The notes: generated from the letters alone by a model not told the origin. Positions 17,780-28,674 are shown, numbered from the stretch's first letter. The stretch is DNA of 32,000 nt from Longivirga aurantiaca (GCF_042660085.1 NZ_JBHSTI010000002.1:60001-92000); one strand, 5' to 3'. A program made the numbers and translations.

Positions 17780-19141
17780 TCAGAGCAGCGCCGCGGCCTT
17801 GGTGAGCACGACCCGCAGGATCTGCTCGATCTCGACGAAGTGCTCCTGGGTGCAGATCAGCGGGGGAGAGAGCTGGATGACCGGGTCGCCGCGGTCGTCG
17901 GCGCGGCAGTACAGACCCTCGGCGTAGAGCTGGTTGTAGACGAAGCCGTGAAGAATCCGCTCGCACTCCTCGTCGCTGAACGTCTCCTTGGTTGCCTTGT
18001 CCTTGACCAGCTCGATGCCGTAGAAGTAACCCTCGCCGCGGACGTCGCCGACGATCGGCAGGTCGAGAAGCCGCTCCAAGGTCGCCCGGAACGCGCCCTC
18101 GTTGCTGCGGACGTTCTCGAGGACGTGCTCGTTCTCGAACGCGTCGAGGTTGGCATTGGCGACGGCGGCTGAGACCGGGTGGCCGCCGAACGTATAGCCG
18201 TGGAGGAACGCGTTGCCGTCGCGCAGGAACGGCTCCATGAGCCGGTCGGTCGCGATCATCGCGCCGAGGGGGGCGTAGCCGGAGGTGATGCCCTTGGCGC
18301 AGGTGATGATGTCGGGCTGGTAGCCGTAGCGCTCGGCGCCGAACATGTAGCCGAGCCGGCCGAAGGCGCAGATGACCTCGTCGGAGACCAGCAGGACGTC
18401 GTACTCGTCGCAGATCTCGCGGACCCGCTCGAAGTAGCCGGGCGGCGGCGGGAAGCAGCCGCCGGCATTCTGCACCGGCTCGAGGAAGACGGCCGCGACG
18501 GTGTTGGGGCCCTCGTTCTGGATGGCTACCGCGATCTGGTCGGCGGCCCAGCGGCCGAAGGCCTTGAGGTCGTCGGCGCGCTCGGGGGCGCGGTAGAAGT
18601 TGGTGTTGGGGACGCGGAACGTCGAGGGCACCAAAGGCTCGAACTGCTGCTTGAGCCCCGGCAGGCCGGTGATGGAGAGCGCACCCTGAGTGGTCCCGTG
18701 GTAGGCGATGGACCGCGAGATCACCTTGTGCTTCATCGGCTTGCCGGTGAGCTTGAAATAGTTCTTGGCCAGCTTCCACGCGCTCTCGACGGCCTCGCTT
18801 CCGCCACTGGTGAAGAAGACCCGGTTGAGGTCACCCGGCGCGCTGCCGGCGATCCGCTCGGCGAGCGTGATCGCCTGCGGGTGGGCGTAGGACCACAGCG
18901 GCATGAAGGCCAGCTCCTTCGCCTGCTTGGCGGCCGCCTCTGCGAGGTCGGCGCGCCCGTGGCCGAGCTGGCTGGTGAACAGCCCGGCCAGCGCGTCGAG
19001 GTAGCGCTTCCCCTGGTCGTCGTAGATGTAGGCGCCCTCGCCCCGCACGATCACCGGGATGTCGGCGTCGGTGTGTCGGGCAAAGTGCATCCACAGGTGG
19101 GCGTGGGCCGACTTCTGGAGCTGGTCGTGGTCGTGGGTCAT
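17780..19141 (-). CDS. Class III (PLP-dependent) aminotransferase
   Basis: RYLDALAGLFTSQLGHGR, VFFTSGGSEAVESAWKLAKNY, LLVSDEVICAFGRLG, CAKGITSGYAPLGA, FLHGYTFGGHPVSAAVA. Confidence 0.92.
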   Translation of the reverse strand: MTHDHDQLQKSAHAHLWMHFARHTDADIPVIVRGEGAYIYDDQGKRYLDALAGLFTSQLGHGRADLAEAAAKQAKELAFMPLWSYAHPQAITLAERIAGSAPGDLNRVFFTSGGSEAVESAWKLAKNYFKLTGKPMKHKVISRSIAYHGTTQGALSITGLPGLKQQFEPLVPSTFRVPNTNFYRAPERADDLKAFGRWAADQIAVAIQNEGPNTVAAVFLEPVQNAGGCFPPPPGYFERVREICDEYDVLLVSDEVICAFGRLGYMFGAERYGYQPDIITCAKGITSGYAPLGAMIATDRLMEPFLRDGNAFLHGYTFGGHPVSAAVANANLDAFENEHVLENVRSNEGAFRATLERLLDLPIVGDVRGEGYFYGIELVKDKATKETFSDEECERILHGFVYNQLYAEGLYCRADDRGDPVIQLSPPLICTQEHFVEIEQILRVVLTKAAALL

Positions 19142-19145
19142 ACTG

Positions 19146-19155
19146 GTATGTTACC
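19146..19155 (+). promoter_or_regulatory. Candidate regulatory site GTATGTTACC in the 17-bp divergent gap
   Basis: Differs by one base from GTATGTCACC of the 9044-9075 palindrome; sits between start codons at 19141 (-) and 19159 (+). Confidence 0.4.
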
Positions 19156-19158
19156 TGC

Positions 19159-19500
19159 ATGACCCGGGAAATGATGCAACTGGGAACTGTTGCCCACCTC
19201 GTCGGCGGCGACGCGGTTGACCTCGACGACCTGAAGGCCCGGGAGGGGGCCGACGTCGGCATCGTCGGGCGCCGCTGGTCGACGGCACTCCGCGCCGACC
19301 CCGCACACACTGCGGCCCTACGGCCATCCGGCAGACCTGCCGCCTGGCTCGGCTCGCTCTTCCGCTACTCGCCGGGGCTTTCCGACATCACCGCGTTCCT
19401 CGCCAACCAGGTCCGCAACGAGGCGCTGTCCGGCCTGGCGGCGAAGAAGGTCGGCAGCACCCACAACCCGGCCGGACCGGTGCTCGAGGGATTGCGATGA
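19159..19500 (+). CDS. Hypothetical protein, 113 aa
   Basis: ORF with largely GC-rich third positions; its TGA overlaps the ATG of the next gene at 19497. No family recognised. Confidence 0.5.
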   Translation: MTREMMQLGTVAHLVGGDAVDLDDLKAREGADVGIVGRRWSTALRADPAHTAALRPSGRPAAWLGSLFRYSPGLSDITAFLANQVRNEALSGLAAKKVGSTHNPAGPVLEGLR

Positions 19501-21089
19501 GCACCGTGATCCGCGCGGCGGCGGCGTTCGACGGCCACCGTCACCTCGGGCCCACTGACGTCCTGGTGGAGGGTGGCCGCATCACGGCGATGGGCCAGGA
19601 GCTGCAGGGCGACGTGGTGCTGGATGCGGCGTTCGTGAGCCCCGGCTTCACCGACGCCCACGTCCACCCCGTCCTCGGCGGGCTCGAGCGGGTGCGCTGC
19701 GACCTCGGGGGGATGTCGACCCTCGAGGAGTACCTCGCCGCGGTCAAGGCGTACGCCGACCGACACCCGGACGCGGAGTGGGTGCTCGGCGGGGGCTGGG
19801 CGATGCCGGCGTTCCCCGGGGGCACACCGCTGGCCGCCGACCTCGACTCGGTGGTGCCGGACCGGCCGGTCTACCTCCCCAACCGGGACCAGCACGGCGC
19901 CTGGGTCAACAGCCGGGCGCTCGCACTGGCCGGGATCGACCGGAACACCCCTGACCCGGCCGACGGCCGGATCGAGCGGGACGAGGCCGGAAACCCGAGC
20001 GGCACCCTGCACGAGGGCGCGACCACCCTGGTCGCGCGCCACCTCCCGGCGCCTACCGCCGAGGAGTACCGCCGCGCCCTGCTCGTCAGCCAGTCCCACC
20101 TGCACTCCCTTGGGGTCACGAGCTGGCAGGACGCCCTGGTCGGCTCCTACTTGGGGATGGCCGACCCGGGGCAGACCTACGTCGACGCCGCCCGCAGCGG
20201 CGAGCTGGTCTCCTACGTCGTCGGGGCGCTCTGGTGGGACCGGCGACGCGGGCTCGAGCAGATCGCGGACCTGGTCGCGCGGCGCGACGCACTGTCGGTG
20301 GGTCGCTTCCACCCGACGAGCATCAAGATCATGCAGGACGGCGTGGCCGAGAACGGGACCGCGGCGCTGCTTGAACCGTACTTCGACCGGTGCGGGCACC
20401 GCACGGGCAACGAGGGTCACTCGTTCCTCGACGCCGGGCTGCTCGCCGAGGCGGTGCCGGCGCTGGACGCGGAGGGGTTCCAGGTCCACGTCCACGCGAT
20501 CGGTGACCGGGCCGTACGGGAGGCGCTGGACGCGATGGTCGGCACCGACCCGGCGCGTCGGCACCACATAGCCCACCTCCAGGTGGTGCACCCCGACGAC
20601 ATCCCCCGGTTCGCCGCGCTCGGCGTGGCCGCGAACTGCCAAGCCCTCTGGGCCAGCCTCGGCGACCAGATGGTCGACCTGGCGATCCCGGTGCTCGGCG
20701 AGCCCCGGGCCGGCTGGCAGTATCCGTTCGGCGACCTGCACCGCAGTGGCGCCCGGCTGGTGATGGGCAGCGACTGGCCGGTCAGCAGGGCGGACCCCCT
20801 GGCGGCGATCCACACCGCGGTCACCCGAACCCAGTACGGCAAGCCGGGCCGGCTCGGTGCGGACCCGTTCCTCGCCGAGCAGGCGATTCCCCTCGAGGTG
20901 GCGTTCGCGGCGTACACCTCCGGCAGCGCGTGGGCCCTGCACCGCGACGATGCCGGACGGCTCGCCCCGGGCGCGGTCGCCGACCTCGTCGTCCTCGACC
21001 GGGATCCGTTCGCTGGCCCGCCCGAGGAGGTCGGCGCCGCGCGCGTGGTGTCCACGTGGGTCGACGGAGGCCCCGTCTTCGGCGGCTGA
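19497..21089 (+). CDS. Amidohydrolase-superfamily protein (YtcJ-like)
   Basis: VLDAAFVSPGFTDAHVHPVLGG (HxH metal motif), HVHAIGDRAVREALDAM, VMGSDWPVS, DLVVLDRDPF. Confidence 0.88.
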   Translation: MSTVIRAAAAFDGHRHLGPTDVLVEGGRITAMGQELQGDVVLDAAFVSPGFTDAHVHPVLGGLERVRCDLGGMSTLEEYLAAVKAYADRHPDAEWVLGGGWAMPAFPGGTPLAADLDSVVPDRPVYLPNRDQHGAWVNSRALALAGIDRNTPDPADGRIERDEAGNPSGTLHEGATTLVARHLPAPTAEEYRRALLVSQSHLHSLGVTSWQDALVGSYLGMADPGQTYVDAARSGELVSYVVGALWWDRRRGLEQIADLVARRDALSVGRFHPTSIKIMQDGVAENGTAALLEPYFDRCGHRTGNEGHSFLDAGLLAEAVPALDAEGFQVHVHAIGDRAVREALDAMVGTDPARRHHIAHLQVVHPDDIPRFAALGVAANCQALWASLGDQMVDLAIPVLGEPRAGWQYPFGDLHRSGARLVMGSDWPVSRADPLAAIHTAVTRTQYGKPGRLGADPFLAEQAIPLEVAFAAYTSGSAWALHRDDAGRLAPGAVADLVVLDRDPFAGPPEEVGAARVVSTWVDGGPVFGG

Positions 21090-21353
21090 TGACGAGAACT
21101 GAACTTCGGGAACATGCTCGACGGTGAGCAGGCCGACGCGGTGTCCGGGGAGAACTGCGACGTTCATCGACCCACTGCGCCTCCGGCAGGACTCGCGCCG
21201 GGCACGACGGAAGACCCTTCCGTTCGGCAGTGACGGCGAACGCAAGCCCTCAGGGTTGAAGGGGCCGTCGCAAGCACCCTCGCGTTTCGAGGTCTCCGTC
21301 TGATCAAGCAGGCTCGACGCACGACCCGTAACCAACGTCTATGGTCAGTACCG

Positions 21354-21566
21354 CTAGACGTCGGAGAGCCGGGCCCCGATACGCAAAGCGACCTGGAAGT
21401 GATCAACGGCCCCAGCGCGCACGTACCCGCGAATCTGAGTGACCTCGAACCAATCGATGTGCTCGACGCTCTGGCACGCGCGCGCCACTGCGTTGCGTAT
21501 CGCCTCGTCGGAACTCACGGTCGAGGTTCCAACAAAGTCACTCAGGACGTACGTGCGGTTCGCCAT
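21354..21566 (-). CDS. Dodecin family flavoprotein
   Basis: 70 aa: TYVLSDFVGTSTVSSDEAIRNAVARACQSVEHIDWFEVTQIRGYVRAGAVDHFQVALRIGARL fits the dodecin pattern (DWFEV..IRG). Confidence 0.9.
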   Translation of the reverse strand: MANRTYVLSDFVGTSTVSSDEAIRNAVARACQSVEHIDWFEVTQIRGYVRAGAVDHFQVALRIGARLSDV

Positions 21567-21623
21567 TCTCCCTCATATCCCGTGGGGACCACTCGGTGCC
21601 CGGGGCACACGCCGGTCGAATCG

Positions 21624-21977
21624 TCATACGGCTTCTGTGTCGCCTTCCCCCATGACCACGAAGTGGGACATGTGCCCGGAGCGCGGCGATGCACCGTGAG
21701 TGTGTGCCACCCCCGCGGGGGTGAAGACCGCGTCTCCCGGCTGAACGACGTACTCGGCGCCGTCCGACGTGACGAGCCCTTCGCCCGAGACGATCAGCAG
21801 CAGCTGGTCCATCGTGTGGATATGCGGGGTGGTGGTCGCGTTGTTGGCGAAGGTGACAAGGGAGACGCGCGTCCACTGTCCTTCCTGCCCGGAGACCAAG
21901 CGAAAGGCCTCGATCTCGCCGCTGAAGACGGGACCCGTGGGGTGCATCACCGGGATCTCACCCGGTCGATGAACAGT
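21624..21977 (-). CDS. Cupin-domain protein
   Basis: TPHIHTMDQLLLIVSGEGLVTSDGAEYVVQPGDAVFTPAGVAHTHG; start at MTVHRPGE chosen, the track ORF extends to 22031. Confidence 0.8.
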   Translation of the reverse strand, partial: TVHRPGEIPVMHPTGPVFSGEIEAFRLVSGQEGQWTRVSLVTFANNATTTPHIHTMDQLLLIVSGEGLVTSDGAEYVVQPGDAVFTPAGVAHTHGASPRSGHMSHFVVMGEGDTEAV

Positions 21978-22040
21978 CATGCGGCGGGTCACCACGTCCT
22001 CCTCTCGTGCTCGACGCTCCAGCGCCGACATTTCCTATAG

Positions 22041-22054
22041 CAGAACATATTCTG
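22041..22054. promoter_or_regulatory. AT-rich imperfect palindrome CAGAACATATTCTG upstream of the cupin gene
   Basis: 6 of 7 base pairs symmetric, in a locally AT-rich intergenic stretch. Confidence 0.35.
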
Positions 22055-22369
22055 TTGGAAAGAACCGTGTCAAGGAGCTTCCCGCGGCTGAACTGCTGCT
22101 CGACTCGGAGCCTCTGGGCATACGGCGCAGGGGTGACAGGTCACCGAGGCCACGGGTCTGCGGTCAGCCTGCGTGCAGCGTCAGCGCCGCGCTCGCGCCT
22201 CTCCTACTGAATGGCCATCGACAGGCAGCGCCGCCAGCAGGGCCAGCTGAAGGAACCGATCTCGATTGCCCGACGGGAGGTGGGTCGCTGCTCGCCCGGT
22301 CGGGGAGCGCGTCCGGCGCCGGATAGGATGCCGCGTACCGCCTGACCGAACCTCCCCCTGGAGCGCTCC

Positions 22370-22618
22370 GTGGCCCGCGTCGTCGTCGACGTCATGCTCA
22401 AGCCCGAGATCCTGGACCCCCAGGGCAAGGCCGTCGAAGGGGCGCTCGGACGCCTCGGGCTTCAGGGGGTGAGCTCGGTCCGCCAGGGCAAGACGTTCAC
22501 CCTCGAGCTCGACGGCGACCTCGACGAGGCCCTCCTCGCGCAGGTGCACGAGCTCGCCGGCTCCCTGCTCTCGAACCCCGTGATCGAGGACTACGTCATC
22601 CGCGAGACCTCGGCATGA
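22370..22618 (+). CDS. purS: Phosphoribosylformylglycinamidine synthase subunit PurS
   Basis: [44 protein letters not shown]; directly followed by purQ and purL. Confidence 0.95.
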   Translation: MARVVVDVMLKPEILDPQGKAVEGALGRLGLQGVSSVRQGKTFTLELDGDLDEALLAQVHELAGSLLSNPVIEDYVIRETSA

Positions 22619-23285
22619 GGATCGGCGTCGTCACGTTCCCCGGGTCGCTCGACGACCAGGACGCGGCCCGCGCCGTCCGCATCGCCGGCGGCGAGGCCGT
22701 CACCCTCTGGCACGGTGACGCCGACCTGCACGGCGTCGACGCCGTGGTGCTCCCCGGCGGCTTCTCGTACGGCGACTACCTCCGCTGCGGCGCCATCGCG
22801 CGCTTCGCGCCTGTCATGGGCCCGCTGGTCGACGCAGCGAACGGCGGCCTCCCGGTGCTCGGCATCTGCAACGGCTTCCAGGTGCTGTGCGAGTCGCACC
22901 TGCTCCCCGGTGCCCTCGTGCGCAACGACCACCTGCACTTCATCTGCCGCGACCAGAAGCTGCGGATCGAGTCGACGAGCACCGCATGGACGTCGTCGTA
23001 CGAGGTGGGCCAGGAGATCGTCGTCCCGCTGAAGAACGGCGAAGGCGGCTACGTGGCCGACGAGGCCACTCTCGACCTGCTCGAGGCCGAGGGCCGCGTC
23101 GTCGCGCGCTACCTCGACCTCAACCCGAACGGCAGCCGCCGCGACATCGCGGGCATCAGCAACGCGCGCGGCAACGTCGTCGGCCTCATGCCCCACCCGG
23201 AGCACGCCGTCGAGGCCCTCACCGGCCCGACCACCGACGGCCTGGGCTTCTTCACCTCGATTCTGAAGGGCCTCGTCGAGGCATC

Positions 23286-23289
<4 letters not shown>
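22615..23289 (+). CDS. purQ: Phosphoribosylformylglycinamidine synthase subunit PurQ
   Basis: [64 protein letters not shown]. Confidence 0.97.
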
Positions 23290-25553
<2,264 letters not shown>

Positions 25554-25581
25554 CGCCCGCCCTCTGGTTCGTCGACTAGGC

Positions 25582-25611
25582 CGGCTCCGCGCGGTTCGCG
25601 GCGCGGAGCCG
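25582..25611 (+). terminator. Stem-loop terminator after purL
   Basis: CGGCTCCGCGC-ggttcgcg-GCGCGGAGCCG, 11-bp perfect stem. Confidence 0.65.
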
Positions 25612-25635
25612 CCCCGGCCTTGGCAGGATGCGCCC

Positions 25636-27090
25636 ATGGCCGACACCAGCGATGCCCCCGAGACGCCGAAGCCGCGTCGGACGCGTACGGCGAAGGCTGC
25701 CGAGCCCGGCGCCCCGGCGCCCGCACGGCGGCGTACGACCAAGGCGGCCGAGCAGCCCGCGCTCGTCGACCGCGGTGCGGCGTGGTGCGTGGTCGGCGCC
25801 GGGCCGCACGGGCTCTCGGCGCTCAAGGCGCTGCTGCAGAACGGCATCGACGCCGACGGCTACGAGCGCGAGTCCGACGTCGGCGGCAACTGGAACTACG
25901 GCGCGGAGAACTCGCGCGTGTACGAGTCGACCCACCTCATCTCGTCCAAGCCGTTCACGCAGTTCCCCGACTTCCCGATGCCCGACTCCTACCCCGACTA
26001 TCCGAGCCACCGGCAGGTGAAGGAGTACTTCGGCCGGTACGCCGACCACTTCGGGCTGCGACGGCGCATCACGTTCGGGGCCGACGTCGTGCACGCGGTG
26101 CCGGTCGACGGCGGCGCGCGCTGGGACGTGACCGTGCGGTCCGGCGGCGTGGAGACGACGTACCGCTACGCAGGTCTCGTGGTCGGCAACGGCCACAACT
26201 GGAACCCGAAGATGCCGGAGTACGCAGGTCTCGACGAGTTCGCGGGCCAGGTGATCCACTCCGCCGACTACAAGGGCGCGGCGGTGCTGCGCGGCAAGCG
26301 GGTGCTCGTGGTCGGCGCGGGCAACACCGGGTGCGACGTCGCGGTGGAGAGCGCGCAGAACGCGGCGCACACGTTCCACTCGACGCGGCGCGGCTACTAC
26401 TACAACCCGAAGTTCACGCTCGGGCGTCCGAGCGACCAGGTGGCCGACTCGCTGCTCGCGATGCGGCTGCCGCTGCCCGTGCGGCGCGCGCTGTTCGGCA
26501 CGACGCTGAAGCTGGTCGTCGGCGACATCACGAAGTTCGGGCTGCAGAAGCCCGACCACAAGTTCTTCGAGACGCACCCGATCGTCAACCAGCAGCTCGT
26601 CTACTACGTCGGCCACGGCGACATCACGCCCAAGCGCGACATCGACCACTTCGACGCTGCCGGCGCGGTGTTCGCCGACGGCAGCCGCGCCGACGTCGAC
26701 CTCGTCGTGTTCTGCACGGGCTACCTCGTGACGTTCCCGTTCCTCGAGCACCAGTGGCTCAACTGGCAGGGCGACCACCCTCAGCTCTTCCTGCAGATGT
26801 TCACGCCGGCGTACGACAACCTCATCGTGTCCGGGCTCATCCAGCCCGACTCCGGGCAGTGGACGCTCGCGCACTGGCAGGGCATCCTCGCCGCCCGCGT
26901 GGCCGAGGCCCTGGCGCTCAAACCCCAGGTGGCGCACCGGTTCCTGGCTCGTGCCAACGCCGAGGCCGGACGCCGCTTCAGCGCCGGCACCGAGTACAAG
27001 GAGTCGACCCGACACTACTTCGAGGTCGCCCACCAGGAGTACCTGCAGGCGCTGCAGGACGCCATCCACGAGCTCGAGGAGTCCGCATGA
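25636..27090 (+). CDS. Flavin-containing monooxygenase-like NAD(P)/FAD protein
   Basis: WCVVGAGPHGLSALKALLQNGIDADGYERESDVGGNWNYG; RVLVVGAGNTGCDVAVESA; FCTGY. Basic/proline-rich N-terminal extension of about 45 aa. Confidence 0.88.
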   Translation: MADTSDAPETPKPRRTRTAKAAEPGAPAPARRRTTKAAEQPALVDRGAAWCVVGAGPHGLSALKALLQNGIDADGYERESDVGGNWNYGAENSRVYESTHLISSKPFTQFPDFPMPDSYPDYPSHRQVKEYFGRYADHFGLRRRITFGADVVHAVPVDGGARWDVTVRSGGVETTYRYAGLVVGNGHNWNPKMPEYAGLDEFAGQVIHSADYKGAAVLRGKRVLVVGAGNTGCDVAVESAQNAAHTFHSTRRGYYYNPKFTLGRPSDQVADSLLAMRLPLPVRRALFGTTLKLVVGDITKFGLQKPDHKFFETHPIVNQQLVYYVGHGDITPKRDIDHFDAAGAVFADGSRADVDLVVFCTGYLVTFPFLEHQWLNWQGDHPQLFLQMFTPAYDNLIVSGLIQPDSGQWTLAHWQGILAARVAEALALKPQVAHRFLARANAEAGRRFSAGTEYKESTRHYFEVAHQEYLQALQDAIHELEESA

Positions 27091-27938
27091 GCGCCCGTTC
27101 CCGCCGCGGCACGCTCGCGATGCGGCCGTGGGACTGGTCGTTCCCGTCGCGCCCGGTGAGCCACCGCGAGGTCGTGTCCGCGCTGCCCGCCGAGGACTCC
27201 GGGAGGCCGCCGCTGCTCATGGTGCACGGCGTCGCGCACGCCGCCTGGTGCTTCGAGGAGAACTGGCTGCCCGCGGCTGCCGAGCAGGGCTGGCCGTCGT
27301 ACGCCGTGAGCCTGCGCGGGCATGGCGGCTCAGCCGGCGGCCGGCACCTCAAGCGCACGCTGACGCGCGACTACGTCCACGACGTCATGCAGACGATCAC
27401 CGAGCTGCCCGAGCCGCCCGTGCTCATCGGTCACTCGATGGGCGCGGTCGTAGCGCAGCTCGTCGCCGAGCGCTACCCGCTGCGCGGCCTCGTGCTGCTG
27501 ACGCCCGCCCCGCTGCACGCGGCGATCGGCGACCTGTGGGAGATCGCGAAGGACCGCCCGGTGGACGCGCTCGGCGCGGTGGTCGGCCGCACGCTCTCGA
27601 TGGAGCCCGAGATCCTGTTCGAGGGCCTCGACGCCGAGACCGCGCGGCGCTACTCCGACCGCACCCAGACCGAGTCGCCCCTCGTGCAGTGGGAGCTGCT
27701 CGTGCCGCGGAAGGTCGGCCCGGTGCGCTGCCCCGTGCTCGTCGTGGGCACGCCGTCCGACCGGCTCGTCCGGCCGGCCGACGTGCAGCGCACCGCGGAG
27801 CTGTACGGCGTCGAGCCGCAGTGGTTCCCCGGGATGGGTCACGACGTCATGCTCGACCGCGGCTGGGACCGCGTGCTCGACGCCGTCCTCGCCTTCGCCG
27901 CCGACCTCCCCGCCTGGGGCCAGGCCCCCGCCCGCTGA
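27087..27938 (+). CDS. Alpha/beta hydrolase
   Basis: LLMVHGVAHAAWCFEENWLPAAAEQGW; nucleophile GHSMG; GTPSDRLV; GMGHDVM; ATG overlaps the upstream stop. Confidence 0.85.
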   Translation: MSARSRRGTLAMRPWDWSFPSRPVSHREVVSALPAEDSGRPPLLMVHGVAHAAWCFEENWLPAAAEQGWPSYAVSLRGHGGSAGGRHLKRTLTRDYVHDVMQTITELPEPPVLIGHSMGAVVAQLVAERYPLRGLVLLTPAPLHAAIGDLWEIAKDRPVDALGAVVGRTLSMEPEILFEGLDAETARRYSDRTQTESPLVQWELLVPRKVGPVRCPVLVVGTPSDRLVRPADVQRTAELYGVEPQWFPGMGHDVMLDRGWDRVLDAVLAFAADLPAWGQAPAR

Positions 27939-27987
27939 CACTGATCAGTGCGAGCGGGGTGGGTGGCCGGGCTGGGAGGATCGCGGC

Positions 27988-28326
27988 GTGACGACCATGA
28001 CGCCCGCCGAGCTGCTCGCGGCCTGGGACGCCGGCGAGGCGCCGGAGCGCACGGTCGTGCGCTCGGTGGTCAAGGCCTCGCTCGCAGAGCTGGTCGAGAA
28101 GGCCCCGGGCCGGGCGGTCGAGGTGCGCATCCCGCCGCATGCCGCGGTGCAGGCAGTCGAGGGCGGTACCCACCGCCGGGGTACGCCGCCCGCGGTGGTC
28201 GAGTGCGATGCTCGCACCTGGCTCGAGCTCGCCACCGGCCGGCTCGGCTGGGCCGACGCGGTCGCCGACGGCCGCGTGCGCGCCAGCGGCGAGCGCTCCG
28301 ACCTCTCCCACCTCCTGCCGCTGTAG
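27988..28326 (+). CDS. Sterol carrier family protein
   Basis: VEVRIPPHAAVQAVEGGTHRRGTPPAVVECDARTWLELATGRLGWADAVADGRVRASGERSDLSHLLPL. Confidence 0.8.
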   Translation: MTTMTPAELLAAWDAGEAPERTVVRSVVKASLAELVEKAPGRAVEVRIPPHAAVQAVEGGTHRRGTPPAVVECDARTWLELATGRLGWADAVADGRVRASGERSDLSHLLPL

Positions 28327-28464
28327 CCGTCGCTCGGCCGTGTGGGTGCGGTAGACCGGCCAGGTGCGTGGCAACGTCGTACGGCGGGGGCGCAGCATCG
28401 GTGCGGGCGCACGACAACCCCGGCGCGGCCCGTGCCATGCCGGCGGCGGACAGGGAGGTCTCCC

Positions 28465-28674
28465 ATGCTCGTGCTCGCCCGCAGCAACGGCCAGAGCGTC
28501 GTGCTCGACGACCGGATCGTCGTCACCGTCATCACCACGAGGACCGGCCTGGTGCGCCTCGGCATCGAGGCGCCTGACGGCGTCGGTGTGCGTCGGGGCG
28601 AGCTCGACCGGCACCAGCCCCAGCCGGGCGACCCCCGCCGCCGGGTCGGCCGCCCGGCGCCGCCCGCCCCCTGA
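28465..28674 (+). CDS. csrA: CsrA/RsmA-like RNA-binding translational regulator
   Basis: MLVLARSNGQSVVLDDRIVVTVITTRTGLVRLGIEAPDGVGVRRGEL matches the CsrA pattern (MLVLxR, IVVTV, VRLGIEAP, VxRxE); RBS-like GGGAGG at about 28454. Confidence 0.85.
   Translation: MLVLARSNGQSVVLDDRIVVTVITTRTGLVRLGIEAPDGVGVRRGELDRHQPQPGDPRRRVGRPAPPAP

Noticed and set aside
19365-21335. 656-aa minus-strand ORF opposite the amidohydrolase
   Set aside because: Translation is repetitive and arginine/glycine/valine-rich with no motif; the plus strand has intact amidohydrolase metal motifs.
22181-22549. Short overlapping ORFs upstream of and over purS, considered as a possible relic gene or tRNA/attachment site
   Set aside because: No cloverleaf, CCA end or recognisable protein domain was found.
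25636-27069. 497-aa minus-strand ORF opposite the flavin monooxygenase
   Set aside because: High-GC shadow ORF; low-complexity R/V/E-rich translation, while the plus strand carries clear FAD/NAD motifs.
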